Source of the DNA: the human T2T-CHM13v2.0 reference genome, Homo sapiens
Assembly (NCBI RefSeq): GCF_009914755.1
Contig: NC_060934.1
Strand: one strand, 5' to 3'
DNA length: 64,000 nt
The stretch's first letter is position 1, and the number at the start of each line of letters is the position of its first letter. Shown piece by piece: positions 32,651 to 46,163 of the stretch. The position numbers were made by a program, and so were the translations under genes. The notes under the pieces are model-generated. The model was not told where the DNA came from, ran no database searches, and worked only from the letters and a program-made list of their open reading frames with translations.

Positions 32651-33186
32651 TGTTAGGCAAGGATTGCTAGGTTAGATTCAAAGCTGGTCAGTATTCTACA
32701 GAGCAATAAAATAATAATGTCTAGGACTCTTTTTTTTTTTTTTTTTTTTTTTACCGGACAAAAATCTACAATTTAACATGTAACTTCATTGTATCTAGGT
32801 TGTGATCAAGTAATGAGCAGTGAAGTCAAATATAGGTATGATCTAGGAAGAATTAACTAACCCTTGGGAAGACCTGTTCACAAAGATAAAATATGCCATT
32901 GAAGGGATATTGTGTCCTTCCTTGTCCCCCTACCCCTTTACATCCAAGTTTTGGATGCTTTTTCTTAACAATATAAACCCAGCATTTGAGTCTATATTTC
33001 TTTGTAAATGTACCAGATATGGTATATCTGGTTCTGTTATGACTCCATCTTGAAGTAAAGTCCCAGCTAGTATGTCAGGTATCCACTAATTAATTAAACG
33101 TTTAACACATTTATTGAGTTGTCTCTGTGTGCTATGGTTTGGAAATATTTGACGCCGCCAAATCTCATGCTGAAATTTGATCCCCA

Positions 33187-33494
33187 GGCCGGGCACAGTG
33201 GATGGCTCACACCTGTAATACCAGCACTTTGGGAGGCTGAGCTGGGTAGACCACCTGAGGTCAGGAGTTCGAGACCAGCCTGGCCAACATGGTGAAACCC
33301 CAACTCAACTAAAAATATAAAAACTAGCTGGGCGTGGTGGTGGGCGCCTGTAATCCCAGCTACTCAGGAGGCAGAGGCAGGAGAATTGCTTGAACCCAGG
33401 AGACGGAGGTTTCAGTGAGCTGACGATGACACGATGCCACCGCACTCCAGCCTCAGTGACAGAGTGAGACTCCGTCTCAAAAAAAAAAAGAAAA
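33187..33494 (+). mobile_element. AluSx-like inside MSTB
   Basis: TSD gaaatttgatcccca (33172-33186) / gatatttgatcccca (33495-33509). Confidence 0.95.
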
Positions 33495-33758
33495 GATATT
33501 TGATCCCCAGTGTTGGAGGTGGGGCCTAATGGGACCACTTTTTGGGTGATGGGGATGGATGCTTCATAAATGGATTGGTAATGAATGAGGTATTGCTCTA
33601 TTATAAGTTCCTGTAACAGCTGGTTGTTAAAAAGAGCCTGGAACTTCCTCACTTCTCTCTCTTTTCTTCTCTCTCCATGTGATCTGTACATACATTGGCT
33701 CCTGTATTAGTCCATGTTCACACTGCTGTAAAGAAATATCTGAGACTGGGTAATTTAT

Positions 33759-33759
33759 T

Positions 33760-33790
<31 letters not shown>

Positions 33791-34188
33791 TTATTATATA
33801 TATATTTTTATTATATTTTAAGTTCTAGCATACATGTGCACAACATGCAGGTTTGCTACATATGTATACATGTGCCATGTTGGTGTGCTGCACCCATTAA
33901 CTGGTCATTTACATTAGGTATATCTCCTAATGCTATCCCTCCCCCCTCCCCCCACCCCACAACAGCCCCCGGTGTGTGATGTTCCCCTTCCTGTGTCCAA
34001 ATGTTCCTATTGTTCAATTCCCGCCTACGAATGAGAACATGTGGTGTTTGGTTTTTTGTCCTTGCGATACTTTGCTGAGAATGATGGTTTCCAGCTTCAT
34101 CCATGTCCCTACAAAGGACATGAACTCATCATTTTTTATGGCTGCATAGTATTCCATGGTGTATATGTGCCACATTTTCTTAATCCAG
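33759..34188 (-). mobile_element. L1PA5-like 3' end (~430 bp) inside THE1
   Basis: Antisense L1 3'UTR with gtaaatgac..caccaacatgg diagnostics; (TTTA)n tail; TSD gagactgggtaatttat (33742-33758) / gagactggataatttat (34188-34204). Confidence 0.92.
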
Positions 34189-34354
34189 AGACTGGATAAT
34201 TTATAAAGGAAAGAGATTTAATTGACTCACAGTTCCAGAAGGCTGGGGAGACCTCAGGAAACTTACAGTCATAGTGGAAGGGAAAGCAAACACATTCTTC
34301 ACAAGGCAGCAGGAGAGAGAAGTGTGAGTGAAGGAGGAACTTGCCTAACACCTA

Positions 34355-34762
<408 letters not shown>

Positions 34763-36095
34763 TCAACATGTGGGGATTACAGTTTAAGATGAGATTTGGG
34801 TGGTGACACAGAGCCAAACCATATCAGGTCCCCTTCACCTTCCTCCATGAGTGGAATCAGCCTGAAGCCCTCACCAGATTCAGATGTTGTGACATGCATC
34901 TTGTACAGCATGCAGAGCTGTGAGACAAATAAATCTCTTTTCTTTATAAATTACCCAGCCTCAGGTACTCCCTTATAGCAACACAAATTCACTAAGACAT
35001 TGTGTCAGATTTTAACGTATACTGATGAATAAAACAAGCAATGTTGTGAGGTTCATGATAAGAGAAATACATGGCATATACTTTAGAAAAAAATATTATG
35101 GAAAGCCTGTCAAAGTGCCTCTACCTGTTATCTGAATCACATGATGGAGTGAATTCCCCATGCCTGTTTGCCTGAATTAGTTCAGATAAGCAGGAGTTGG
35201 TTATGTTCTATCAAATTCTGTGAGGTATGAATGGAAAAAAGGAATTTAGAATGGTTTTTCATGTTGGTGTGACCTTGTTTACTGTGTTCCTCCTTGGATT
35301 CAAAGTCTACCCAATAAGTAATATCAGTAAATATATCGGTAAAGTATATTGAAGCACTAGCTGTGGACTTTTTTTTGTTTATTTATTTTAAGATTTTTGA
35401 TAATCATCCTAAATCTATTCTTATGCAAGAGTCTTAAAGTAGAAAGTTTCTCTGTTTTTTCTTCCTTCCTAAACTCCTTCAATGTGATTGACAACTGGCT
35501 CCATGAACGTGGGGCATTGTACCTACCAACTGTAATTTTTCCATCAGTGGAAATCTTGCAAGTCTTTGACAGACAGAGTAGAATGCAGAGGTTGTGGATA
35601 GTAGTGAATTTCCCAAGGCCCTGATAGTTTTAGGGTGATTTTTGTTTCTCAAGATTCTTTTAGCCAAATTGTAAAGCCATTCTTGTAATCAACTGAATTT
35701 CCCCTTTGATATTATCCCCAAGGAAGAGTAACTACATTAGTGTTAAGACCAGAGAATCACAGGGCATATCCTATAGTCTCTCATAGTATGTCCTATTACT
35801 GGCTCTCTGAGAAAGGGAGACAGGTTGGTTTTAATATCGCATCAGTATGTACAGTATTTTTTATTAAATACTGGCCAAGTATAAGTCACTTTTAGGCCAT
35901 AAGAGGGATATAGAGGTATAAGAAGAGAAACTCACAGAGTAGTTGAGGAGATGAGATACCCACAGACCACATAGATACTTATATAAGAAAATGTGTGCAG
36001 AATTTTGACTCAGCATTCCAGGCTACAGTGCTCACAGAGTTCAACCAGTGGGGACTGTGGAGGGCATGGAAGGTTCTTAATGGAAATTGTTAGTC

Positions 36096-36381
<286 letters not shown>

Positions 36382-36404
36382 GGAAATTGTTGGTCATTTA
36401 ATCT

Positions 36405-37105
36405 ATTTTAACCACCCAAGGGGTTCCTTGGTGCCCTCTGCATAAACAAAGACCATGGCATTGTAATAGACGGAGTTTAATAGACACCAGGCCAGGCATG
36501 CCATGTGGGAGATGAAGTTCATACTCAAATCATCTTGTCCAGAATTCATAGGATTGGCGTTTTTCAGACAGTTTGGGGTAAAGGGGTAAAGGTGATCAGG
36601 TAACAGACACTTGCCGCTGATTGGTTGGGGCAAAGATGAAATCATAGGGGGTTGAATCGGTCCTCCTATGCACTGAATCAATTCAGGGTGGGGCCACAGG
36701 AGTGGGGTTGGCGAGTCCAGGTGGAGCCATGGGTGTCAGACATGCAAAAAACCTGGAAAGATATCTCAAAAGGCCAACCTACAATAGTTGTGTTATTTGC
36801 AGGAGTAATTGGGGACATTGCACATCTTATAACCTCCAGAATAATGGCTGACAATCATTTATGCCTGCACCTTAGCAGGACTCAGGTTCTCCTCTGCATA
36901 GCCTGATAGGCTCCCACTAGCTTTACAAAAAGCACTTGAGTTTTGGGCAAGGCCTATTATTTAAACTATAGCTTAAATGTTTTCCAAAGTTAGCTTGGCC
37001 TAATAACTCAGGAATAACTAAGGGAAAGGCAAGATGTGGGGAAGGTTAGCTTAGCTTACTGTTATAATTTTTCTCACTGATACAGTTTTTGCAAACATGG
37101 TTTCT
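36405..37105 (-). mobile_element. ERV1 solo LTR (LTR8/LTR26-like, MER4 group)
   Basis: Minus strand starts gaaaccatgtttgcaaaaactgtatcagtgagaaaaattataacag and ends ...gggtggttaaa; ~700 bp. Confidence 0.75.
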
Positions 37106-37254
37106 CTATGAAGGATAAATGCAATCTGGATTATAGTAGAAGCAGGAGATGTTGAAATTCTAAGGAGAATGGAGCTGGGACAATGGAATGCGAAGGTTTG
37201 GACAATAATATACCAAGTATGTCTTTGTTGGGCGAGAACGTCTGTTGAGGTTTG

Positions 37255-37795
37255 GTATTTGAGTCTGAGAATTGAAATGACAATAGACCAATCAACAGGA
37301 GAAAAGGTACATAAATTTACTACAGGCATGGGGCATCACAAGAGACAGAGTGCCCAATAACCCCGTGAGATTCGAAGCTTATATGCCCTTCTCCATGGGA
37401 GAGAGTAGTGGGGGTCTGCAGGCACTTTTAGAGGAAAAAGTAAATGATGTTTAGGAGAGAAGAATGGGCATCAAGAACAGATGATGTCCTGGGACGAAGT
37501 CTGTCTGGGCTCTGAGTGTGCTGTGTACTCTAGTCTTCATTTCTGCAAGTTAATCTTCCCTGTTTGATGAGATTATAGAGAGGTGATGCAAGACAATTGC
37601 ATTCCTTCTAGAGGAACTTCCCTTAGTCAGATGAGGGAACTTCAGAAAAAGCCGCCCTCTGTGCTTGGCAAGAGGTAGAGGGGTGAGAGAGGGTGGGCAG
37701 AAGAAGGTCAGACTCTGGTTCTGAGACTGCTTCTTTAGTTCAAAATACTCAGCATATCAACACCCCCACACTTTGAGGTATCTCTTCCGAGCCCG
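37255..37795 (-). mobile_element. ERV1 LTR, MER39/MER34-group
   Basis: gacaatagaccaatcaacaggagaaaaggtacataaattta...ctttagttcaaaatactcagcatatcaa...ctttgaggtatc; homologous to the LTR at 40340-44075. Confidence 0.65.
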
Positions 37796-37799
37796 TGTC

Positions 37800-38202
37800 T
37801 TTGCGGGTGGGAGGTTGGGGAGGATCCAGTCTGGGCTTGGGAGTTGGTGGCATCCTTTTTTATAGCTGCTCCAGGAGCACCCAACCTGGGTGTGTTTACT
37901 GAAGTTGTACGCATGCTCCTTTGAGCCATTTTCGACTTCACCATTTTGCCCCTTAGTTCACTTTCTTAAGCCCATTCACCCAACTCCTGAGATCTTTTCA
38001 GGAAGCTGCTGATAACCAGTTTCAGGTATTTCTATCTATTGGTAGGCTGCCTTTCCCTGGAGCCCCCTGGGACCAATTATTATTTTAGCGAGGCAGTGTA
38101 ATAACTGCCTGACCATCACCTGATGGTTGCCTGACATTCCTGGTGGGGTAGGGGTGGGTCTCTCCTGCCCTGCTGATGTCTGACTGCCTACCTACTGTAA
38201 CA
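37800..38202 (-). mobile_element. MER50-like ERV1 LTR (5' portion)
   Basis: Minus strand tgttacagtaggtaggcagtcagacatcagcagggcaggagag...caggaatgtcaggcaaccatcaggtgatggtcaggc; TATAAAAA on minus strand at ~37857-37864. Confidence 0.75.
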
Positions 38203-38689
38203 CCCTAACTAAAAGTTGAGTTAACTCTGAAATCAAGCAACACCAAGCAGAAAGCAGAGAGGGAAACTTGTCCCTTTCAAAACAGATTAAATGTTTCTTA
38301 TTAATTCAGTTGCTTCCACACATATTCAAGTTTGTATCCAGAATTAAGCGAGTCAGTAGTTTTAAATCAAATTACAAATACAGCATCCTTCATATCTGAA
38401 ATAATTGTGTATCTGTATGTAAATGCTGGGAGAATATACTTTTTTGGATATTATTCTGACTGTAGTTTCAAAAAAAAGTAGATAGAAATCTGGAAAAATG
38501 AGTAAACACTATTAATTAGATGAGATATTTATCCTTGGCTTAAATTAGAAAACTTACTAAGAGAAACTATGAAAATATCAATTAAAACAACTAGCATGAT
38601 TTTATTTTTCACTGTTAAGAGGGCAAAAAAAAAAAAAACCCCAAAAATCCCATGCATGAATAAAATAAATATATATTTGGGGATGACAC

Positions 38690-39420
38690 CATCTTGGCAT
38701 TTCCAGGCATTCTTTTCTAAACATATTCTTTATCTGAGCTGTCTTGCAATACTTTTAATATAATTAAAAGCACATAATGAGTGCCAGACTTGTCAATTTC
38801 AACAACAAAGTGCTGAAATTTGCAGTGAAACTGAGAGATCCATCTCCCATACATTGTAATGAATAGGTTCATAAAAGGAAAATAGTTTAATTACATTTTA
38901 GTTCATGGATTGTTAATAGGCTGGAGTATCTAAATTGAATAATGTGATTCTGGTAATAATTATGTGTAAATGAACTTGTTTAAATGATATTTTACAGCTT
39001 CTTTATAAAATTACAGCTAGAGGCAATCCAGTGATAGACAGACAAAGGCCATGCAAAAATTATCATAAACTATTAGCTTGTTTGCAAAGGGTTTTATGTT
39101 AATCTTTTAGTACTTAAAGCAATCTGCAATTAACATATCATGGGGAGCTGCCTCCGAGCAAAGGCATGCAAATTGAAGTGCTTAGATAAAAAGCCATTCA
39201 TGTTGTGGGGGAAAGAGAAAGAAAGAAAAAAGAAAAAGAAAAAAAAATCAAAGAAAGGGTGGCAAAGTACTCAGAGGGTGCTGGTTTTTATATTTGAGAT
39301 TAAGGAGGTGTAATGATTGTGTTATCTAACTATGGCTGTAATTAAAGCTTTTCTCCAGCAGACATGACAATAGATACTGCATTGATTTCGGTGTTTTAAT
39401 TGTGAAAGTCATTTTATTTC
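38690..39420. promoter_or_regulatory. Candidate developmental enhancer / conserved non-coding element
   Basis: Repeat-free island among LTRs; four TAATTA, octamer, SOX and posterior-HOX-like motifs. Confidence 0.45.
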
Positions 39421-40604
39421 AGGGCAGAAGATATGAATAGCCTGAATCAAAGGGCTAGAAGATTGCTTTGTTGATAGTACTTGTTCAACAGCTGCCTGGC
39501 TGCTTAATACACAAGTGTGGAGAATGCAGAGAGACCCAAGGAGGTGCTGGGTATTGTGATTCTCCTGCTGGTTTCCTTTCCTTTTATGAAAAAGGCAAGG
39601 ATCTTGGTGCTGACTGTAAACAAACAGCCTTTTCATACCTCATCGATGTTTTTCCTCCCCAACTTTGCAGAACAAAAGAAGTCATAAAGGGCCTTGAACT
39701 AACTTTACTACTGCTCCTTTTAAGCTACAGAAGTTTATGCAAAGTAATAAAAACCATCTTTGCTAGTGGAGATATCACCCCTCTAATGATGAAAAAAAGT
39801 CTCTGAGTGACTGTGGTAGTTATTATCACAAATAGCCTTGTGACAGAAACAGTTTGTAGGAGAGAGGTTGGATTATTTACATTAAGGGCATATCCACAAA
39901 ATCTCACACACAGTTAGTTTGAGATTAGTGCTTTCTTATCAGTTTCTATATACAAACCACAGGAGGGAAATTAAGTGAGGGGAAAACATATACAATCCCA
40001 GAGCAAAGAGAATTCTAAAGAGAATTTTAGGGAGATCAGGGTAGACTTAAAATAAAAATCACATTCTTGGCTATTTCTTCTATAACACTTCAGTGTAAAT
40101 GGAGGTGAAACCCAGTGATTTCCAGTAATTCCTATTCTATTGATTTATCTCTTCTTTGTTCCTAGAAATATCAAATAGCATGTTTAAAGGAGTCTGAATA
40201 ATAATAAACTTGGTTTTAGGGAACACTGTTTCTTTAAGTGATATGATTTAAAATAACCAGACACCAAGATATTACAAACATAACAATAATAACATAATCA
40301 TTTACTGAGTGTTGTGCTATTTTTATTTATATTTCTGATGATATAAGGGAGTGAAAATTTTCCCTCTGCCCTCTGAGAGTTTGATAATTGAATCTATGGA
40401 ATAAATGGACATTAGACCAATTAATAGGAGAAAGGACACATAAATTTATTACATGCATAGGAGCATCATATAAAACAAAGGTGAACACCCAGTGAGATCT
40501 AGAAGTTTTTATACCCTCTTCATAGGGGAGAAGAGAGGGGGAATGCAGACAACTTAGGGAAGGTACAAGCATACCTTGGAGATATTGAAATCTCAATTCT
40601 AGAC

Positions 40605-41243
40605 TGATGCAGGATTTTCTTCTTGGTCACCGTGCAAGCTGGAGACCTCTGGCCAGCGATGCCCTACCCTGGCCTTGCTCGACCACACTAGCTGCTGCAG
40701 GAGATGGCCTCTACCTGCTGTAGGAGACGGCCTAAGTCTGGCTTACACACTGGTTCCCGAGTTCTTGTCTTGCACCCAAGAAAAATAAGGATGTACTGAC
40801 AATGGAAGAGTGAGCCAGATGGGGAGTTTTATTGGTGATGAAACAGCTTTCAGTGGAGAGGGGACACAGGGGTGGTCCCCCTACCCAAAGGTGGGAAAGT
40901 CCCCTGTGTGTCTGGGCCTGGGGCCTTTTATGGACTCAGAATGGGGAGTGTGTGCTGATTGGTTTGGGGGTATGCAAAAAAGTTTAAACCAAAGACACCA
41001 CTCAAAGGTGGGCATGACAGTGAAGAAAACCAATTACGAAAGGGTAGGTATATGTAAAATAGGTGAAAGGTGGGGACAGTCAGAGAAAAGTGCGCCAAAT
41101 GGGAAGACAAGTTCTCAGTCTGGTCCAAGAATTTAACTTGTAGCTTGGCTTTCAGGCTTCAAACTGTAATCAGCTTGGAGGTGGGATTTCACCGGGGACC
41201 CCCACTGTCTGCCTAGGCATTTGGCTGCCTCCTTTCACTATCA
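40605..41243 (-). mobile_element. ERV1 solo LTR (LTR27/LTR28-like) inside Tigger1
   Basis: TG...CA termini; perfect 4-bp TSD agac (40601-40604 / 41244-41247); minus strand tgatagtgaaaggaggcagccaaatgcctaggcagac. Confidence 0.85.
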
Positions 41244-41740
41244 AGACTGCCCCAATAAAACAAAAATTGCAATAAAGCAAGTAACATGAATGTTTGGTTT
41301 TCCCAGTGTGTATAAAAGCTATACAATACTGTAGTCTGTGAGGTGTATGATAACATTATGTCTAAATAAACAATATACATACCTTAATTTTAAAATACTT
41401 TATTGTTAAAAATGCTAATAACTATCTGCATTTTCAGTTAGTTACCATCTTTTTGCTGGTGAAGGGTATTGTTTCAGAGTTGCTGGCTGCTGACTGATCA
41501 GGGAGGTTGTTGCTGAAGGTTGGGATGGCTGTGACAATTTCTTAAAAGAAGACAACAATGAGGTTTGCCACATTGATTGACTCACGAAAGATTTCTCTGT
41601 AGCATGTGATGCTGTGTGATAGCATTTTACTCACATTAGAACTTCTTTTAAAATTAGAGTAAATCCTCTCAAACCCTGCCTATGCTTTATCATCTAAGTT
41701 TAGTAATATTCTAAATCCTTTGTGGTCATTTCAAGAATGT

Positions 41741-43130
41741 TCACAGCATCTTCACCAGGAGTAGATTCCATCTCAAAACAAACAAACAAACAAACAAAAA
41801 ACACTTTCTTTGCTCATCTATAAGGAGCAACTCCTCATCTTTAAAAGCTTTATCATGAAGTTGCAGCAATTCAGTCCTATCTTCAGGCTTCTCTTCTAAT
41901 TCTGGTTCTCTTGCTATTTCTACCACATCTGCTGTTATTTCCTCTACTGAAGTCTTGAGCCCCTCAAAATCATCCGTGAGGGTTGGAATTCACTTCTTTC
42001 AAACTCCTGTTAATGTTGATACTTTGACCTCCTCCCATGAATCACAAATGTTCTTAGTAACATCTAGAATGGTGAATCCTTTCCAGAAGATTTTCAATTT
42101 CTATTGCCCAGATCCATCAGAGGAATCACTATCTATGGCAGCGATAGCCTTACTAAATATATTTCTTAAATAAGAGGACTTGAAACTTGAAATTACTCCT
42201 TGATACATGGGCTACAGAATGGCTGTTGTGTGAGGAGGCATTAAAACAGCATTGATCTCCTTGTATATCTTCATCAGAGCTCTTGGGTGACCAGGTATAT
42301 TGTCAATGAGCAGTAATATTTTGAAAGAAATCTTTTTTTTCTGAGCAGTAGGTCTCAATAGTGGGCTTAAATTAATATTTAAGTAAATCATGCTGTGAAC
42401 GGATGTGCTGTCATCCAGGCTTTGTTGTTTCATTGATAGCACACAGGCAGAGTAGATTTAGCGTAATTCTTAAGGGCCCTAGAATTTTTGGAATGATAAA
42501 TGAACATTGGCTTCAACTTAAAGTCGCCAGATACATTAGCTCTTATCAAGAGAGTCAGCCTGTCCTTTGAAGCTTTGAAGCCAGGCATTGACTTCTCTCT
42601 AGCTATAAAAGCCCCAAATGGCATCTTCTTCCCATGTAAGGCTGTTTTGTCTACATTGGAAATCTGTTGTTTAGTGTAGTCACCTTCATCAAATCTTAGC
42701 TGGATCTCCTGGATAATTTGCTGCAATTTTTCCATCAGCACTTGTTGCTTCACCTTGCCCTTTTATGAAGACAGCGTCTTTCCTTAAACCTTATGAACCA
42801 ACCTCTCTTAGCTTCAAACTTTTCTTCTGTAGCTTCTTTACCTCTCAGCCTTTACATAAATGAGGAGAGTTAAGGCCTTGCTCTGGATTAGGCTTTGGCT
42901 TAAGGAAATGTCATGGTTGGTTTGATCTTCTATCCATACCGCTAAAACTTTCTCCATATCAGCAATAAGGCTGTTTCACTTTCTTATCATTCATGTGCTC
43001 ACTGGAGTAGCACTTTTAATCTCCTTCAAGAACTTTTCCTTTGCATTCACTGTTTGGCTAATCGTTTGGTATAAGAGGCCTAGCTTTCAGCCTATCTTGG
43101 CTTTTGAAATGCCTTCCTCACTAAGCTTAA
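41741..43130 (-). pseudogene. Tigger1 DDE transposase remnant
   Basis: Fragments [73 protein letters not shown]; multiple frameshifts and stops. Confidence 0.88.
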
Positions 43131-44243
43131 TCATTTCTAGCTTTTGATTTAAGTGTGCCTCTTTCTTTCACCTGAACACTTAGAAGCCATTGTAGAGTTA
43201 TAAATTGGCCTAATTTCAATATCGTTGTGTCTCAGGGAATAGGGAAGCCTGGGGAGAGAGAGAGAGATGGGGAAACAGTCAGTTGGTGGAGCAGTCAGAA
43301 CACACACAACACTTATTAAGCTTGCCATCTTCTATGAGCATGATTCATGGTACCCCAAAACAATTAGGATAATGAAATCAAAGATCACTGATCACAGATC
43401 ACCATAACAGATATAATAATAATGAAAAAGTTTGAAATGTTACCCAAATTACCAAAATGTAACCCAGAGACGTAAGATAAGCACATGCTGTGGGAAAAAT
43501 GGTGTTGGTAGACTTACTAGATGCAGGGTTGCCACAAATCCTTCAGTTTGTAGAAAAAATAGTATCTGTGAAGTGCAGTGGAATGAGGTATACCTGCAGA
43601 GGATTTCTGGGAAAGATGAATGGGCCCTCAGAATAGGTGACAGCCTGCGACAGGGTCTTTCTGGGTGTGGTGTCACCTCTATTCTCCTCTCTTGTGATAT
43701 AGATAATTGTCCCTGGCTGATAAGATTCTACGGGAGGGAATTCATGACTATTGAGTTACAGGAGTAGAAGCTTGGAATTTCTGGGGGCTGGCAGGGACAT
43801 GAGTTTTGGGAAGATGGGGTTAGAAACTGTATGACGAATAAGGGTTGTCTTCTTATACAGATTAAAAGACTCTCAGGTCATAACAGTTTTCTGCAGCTAG
43901 CAGACTTTTTCTGATCCAGATAGTTTACTAATGTAGATTTCCTTTACAGATGTAAGTTTCTTTTACAAAAGGACAAGTTTTCAGAGCTACTTCCGTGTGT
44001 GCAGTTCCTCAGAGTAACCAGCTCGAAATATGCCAAAGAAATATAGTTTGGGGTGGTACATTCTGTTTGGCGAGCCCAAAAAATGACCTCCAATAACCAT
44101 CCCAAAGAAGTCGATGGGATGATCCATTTTCTAAAACGAGTGAACTTAGCCTCAGGCCAAATATATTGTTCAAGGTCACATAGCAAGGGAGGGGCAGAGG
44201 CAGGTTAGAACCCAGACAGTCTAGCTAGATCTCTAGGAAAGCC

Positions 44244-44811
44244 TGATGCCATCCTCACAGGGTTAACAAGAATTCTGGACAGAAATGTAGTTATAATTAA
44301 GCATTAATTAAGCAGGCTGCACTTTGACCCAGTTCCTTGTAACTGAAAGTCAGGTAACACCAGATCCTGACTATTTGCATCCCCATTGTTCCTATAGACA
44401 GGATTTCTGGAGTTACATCAGGCTTTTAAGATAGATAGGATCTCTGACACTACAATCATAAGGTTTATGTTTGAGAATTGCAGATGCAGATTCTGAATTC
44501 CAGTGGAACAGCTAATGCTAACCATTTTGAAGACCCCAACAGAGGAACTGAATCAGCATGAGAATGGTTTCTTCATCTCCCTGTCCCATGACTTACTCTG
44601 CACTCTTTAACCAATCAATGGTCTCCACACTTTGGCCCGCTCCCAGACCTTTAAAAACCCTAGCCCCAAACTCCTTGGGGAGATGGATTTGAGGTTTCCT
44701 TCTGTCTCCTCGTTTAGTGGCCTATGACCAAACTTCTTTTTCTGCTGCAACCCAGCATCTTGGTGTATTGACTTGCCATGAACATCAGGCAGCAAACCTA
44801 TTATGGTCACA
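44244..44811 (+). mobile_element. ERV1 solo LTR (LTR49-like, MER4 group)
   Basis: tgatgccatcctcacagggttaacaagaattctggacag...ggtcaca; perfect 4-bp TSD agcc (44240-44243 / 44812-44815). Confidence 0.85.
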
Positions 44812-44815
44812 AGCC

Positions 44816-45450
44816 CTTAGACTTCTTCTCTGATTAATGTTTTCTAAGTGCACAAAATAAAGTACAAAGGGTTACAAAGCAAATGTAGTATATTGAAATA
44901 CTGTTATCAAAATATTTAAAAATAAAATTTATGACTTAGTAATTTATGTGCTTACAGCCAGCAGCAACTATAATTTCAAAGCTATGCTAACATCTACTAT
45001 AATTTCAAAGTGTTGATAAGCATAAACAGTGTTTTGGATTTCTGCAATAATGTGACATGAAAATACCTGATTTTTTATCAATGATAAAGTCACAGATACT
45101 CCTTAAACTCCAGTCATTTTGTTGCCTACATTTATAATAAAAGAAAATGGGGCTGAGGCCAGAGGATTGCTTGAGTCTTGGAGTTGGAGATTGCAGTGAG
45201 CTATGACTGCACTACTGCATTCGAGCCTGGGCAACAGAGGGAGACCCTGTCTCTTAAAAAATAGCAAAAACAGAAAGAAAGAAAATGTTAAGTTCCCCAT
45301 AAACATTACTGAAAATAAAACTATATTTTTATATATGTCAGATATTATACAAAAATACATGTGTAGATAATTATACATAAAAATAATTTTTCCCACCAAA
45401 ATTCACAGACCTCTAAATTCTATAGGTGTACAAGGCTTAGGTTAAGAACA
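44816..45450. mobile_element. hAT-Charlie non-autonomous element (MER113/MER119-like), split by an Alu arm
   Basis: aatgttttctaagtgcacaaaataaagtac...tatattgaaatactgttatcaaaatattt...aattcacagacc...aggttaagaac. Confidence 0.5.
45150..45277 (+). mobile_element. 5'-truncated AluJ right arm / FRAM
   Basis: gaggattgcttgag...gcagtgagctatga...gaccctgtctc; TSD aaagaaaatg (45140-45149 / 45278-45287). Confidence 0.85.
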
Positions 45451-45855
45451 TTTTTGGTTTTACAGATGAGGAACTGAGGCCCAGAGAAGGGAATTTAGTG
45501 ACCCAAGGTTATCAGTAATCAGTGATAAGATGTAGATTAGAGCTGATTACACTAAGAGAACATAAGGAAAACTTAAAATACTGTATGTTGATCTTTTCCC
45601 TTTCTCCTGTGACTTTGGTGGCTTTTGCTGACATGCTCTTGGAATGTTGAACCTTTCTTTGTCTTTGCAATGTTGTCTTTTTCAAAGTGGGAGCAGCAAG
45701 CAATTTCCCCAGCCCTGAGATCAGTTGTTGGCAATTCCTGCTTTCAGTGGCAGGGCTGGGAGGATCCCAGAAAGCGCAGCCATAGGGACTCCAGGGAAGC
45801 TTCCTGTGATTGCAACCTAAATTTGAAAACTTTCTATTTAAAGGGACAAGAGTGC

Positions 45856-45887
<32 letters not shown>

Positions 45888-46163
45888 GGAGTCTTGCTCT
45901 GTTGCCCAGGCTGGAGTGCAATGATGTGATCTTGGCTCACTGCAACCTCTGCCCCTGGGTTCAAGCAATTCTGCTGCCTCAGCCTCCTAAGTAGCTGGGA
46001 TTACAAGCACGTGCCACCACGCCTGGCTAATTTTTGTGTTTTTAGTAGAGATGGGGTTTTGCCATATTGGCCAGGCTGGTCTTGAACTCCTGACCTCAGG
46101 TGATCCACCCTCCTTGGCCTCCCAAACTGCTGGGATTATAGGCATGAGCCACGGCACCTGGCT
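45856..46163 (-). mobile_element. AluSx-like
   Basis: T27 tail; TSD aagagtgc (45848-45855 / 46164-46171). Confidence 0.95.

Larger units (their letters stand above)
40566..43596 (-). mobile_element. Tigger1 DNA transposon, near full length (~2.4 kb without the nested LTR)
   Basis: TIRs caagcatacct (after TA at 40564-40565) and aggtatacctg; minus-strand ORF remnants match Tigger1/TIGD1 transposase. Confidence 0.93.
40340..44075 (-). mobile_element. MER34-group ERV1 LTR split by Tigger1 (halves 40340-40565 and 43597-44075)
   Basis: Halves rejoin across Tigger1 and align with the related LTR at 37255-37795; ends atatgccaaag...tggggtggtacattctg. Confidence 0.65.

Noticed and set aside
33012-33032. 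Hairpin accagatat-ggt-atatctggt
   Set aside because: An isolated 9-bp stem with no supporting context; plausible by chance in 64 kb
41741-43130. Domesticated transposase gene (TIGD1-like)
   Set aside because: Fragmented ORF inside an ordinary Tigger1 copy with TIRs; the DET motif reads DKT
36405-44811. A single provirus bounded by paired LTRs
   Set aside because: The LTRs are from different families, several have their own TSDs, and no gag/pol/env lies between them
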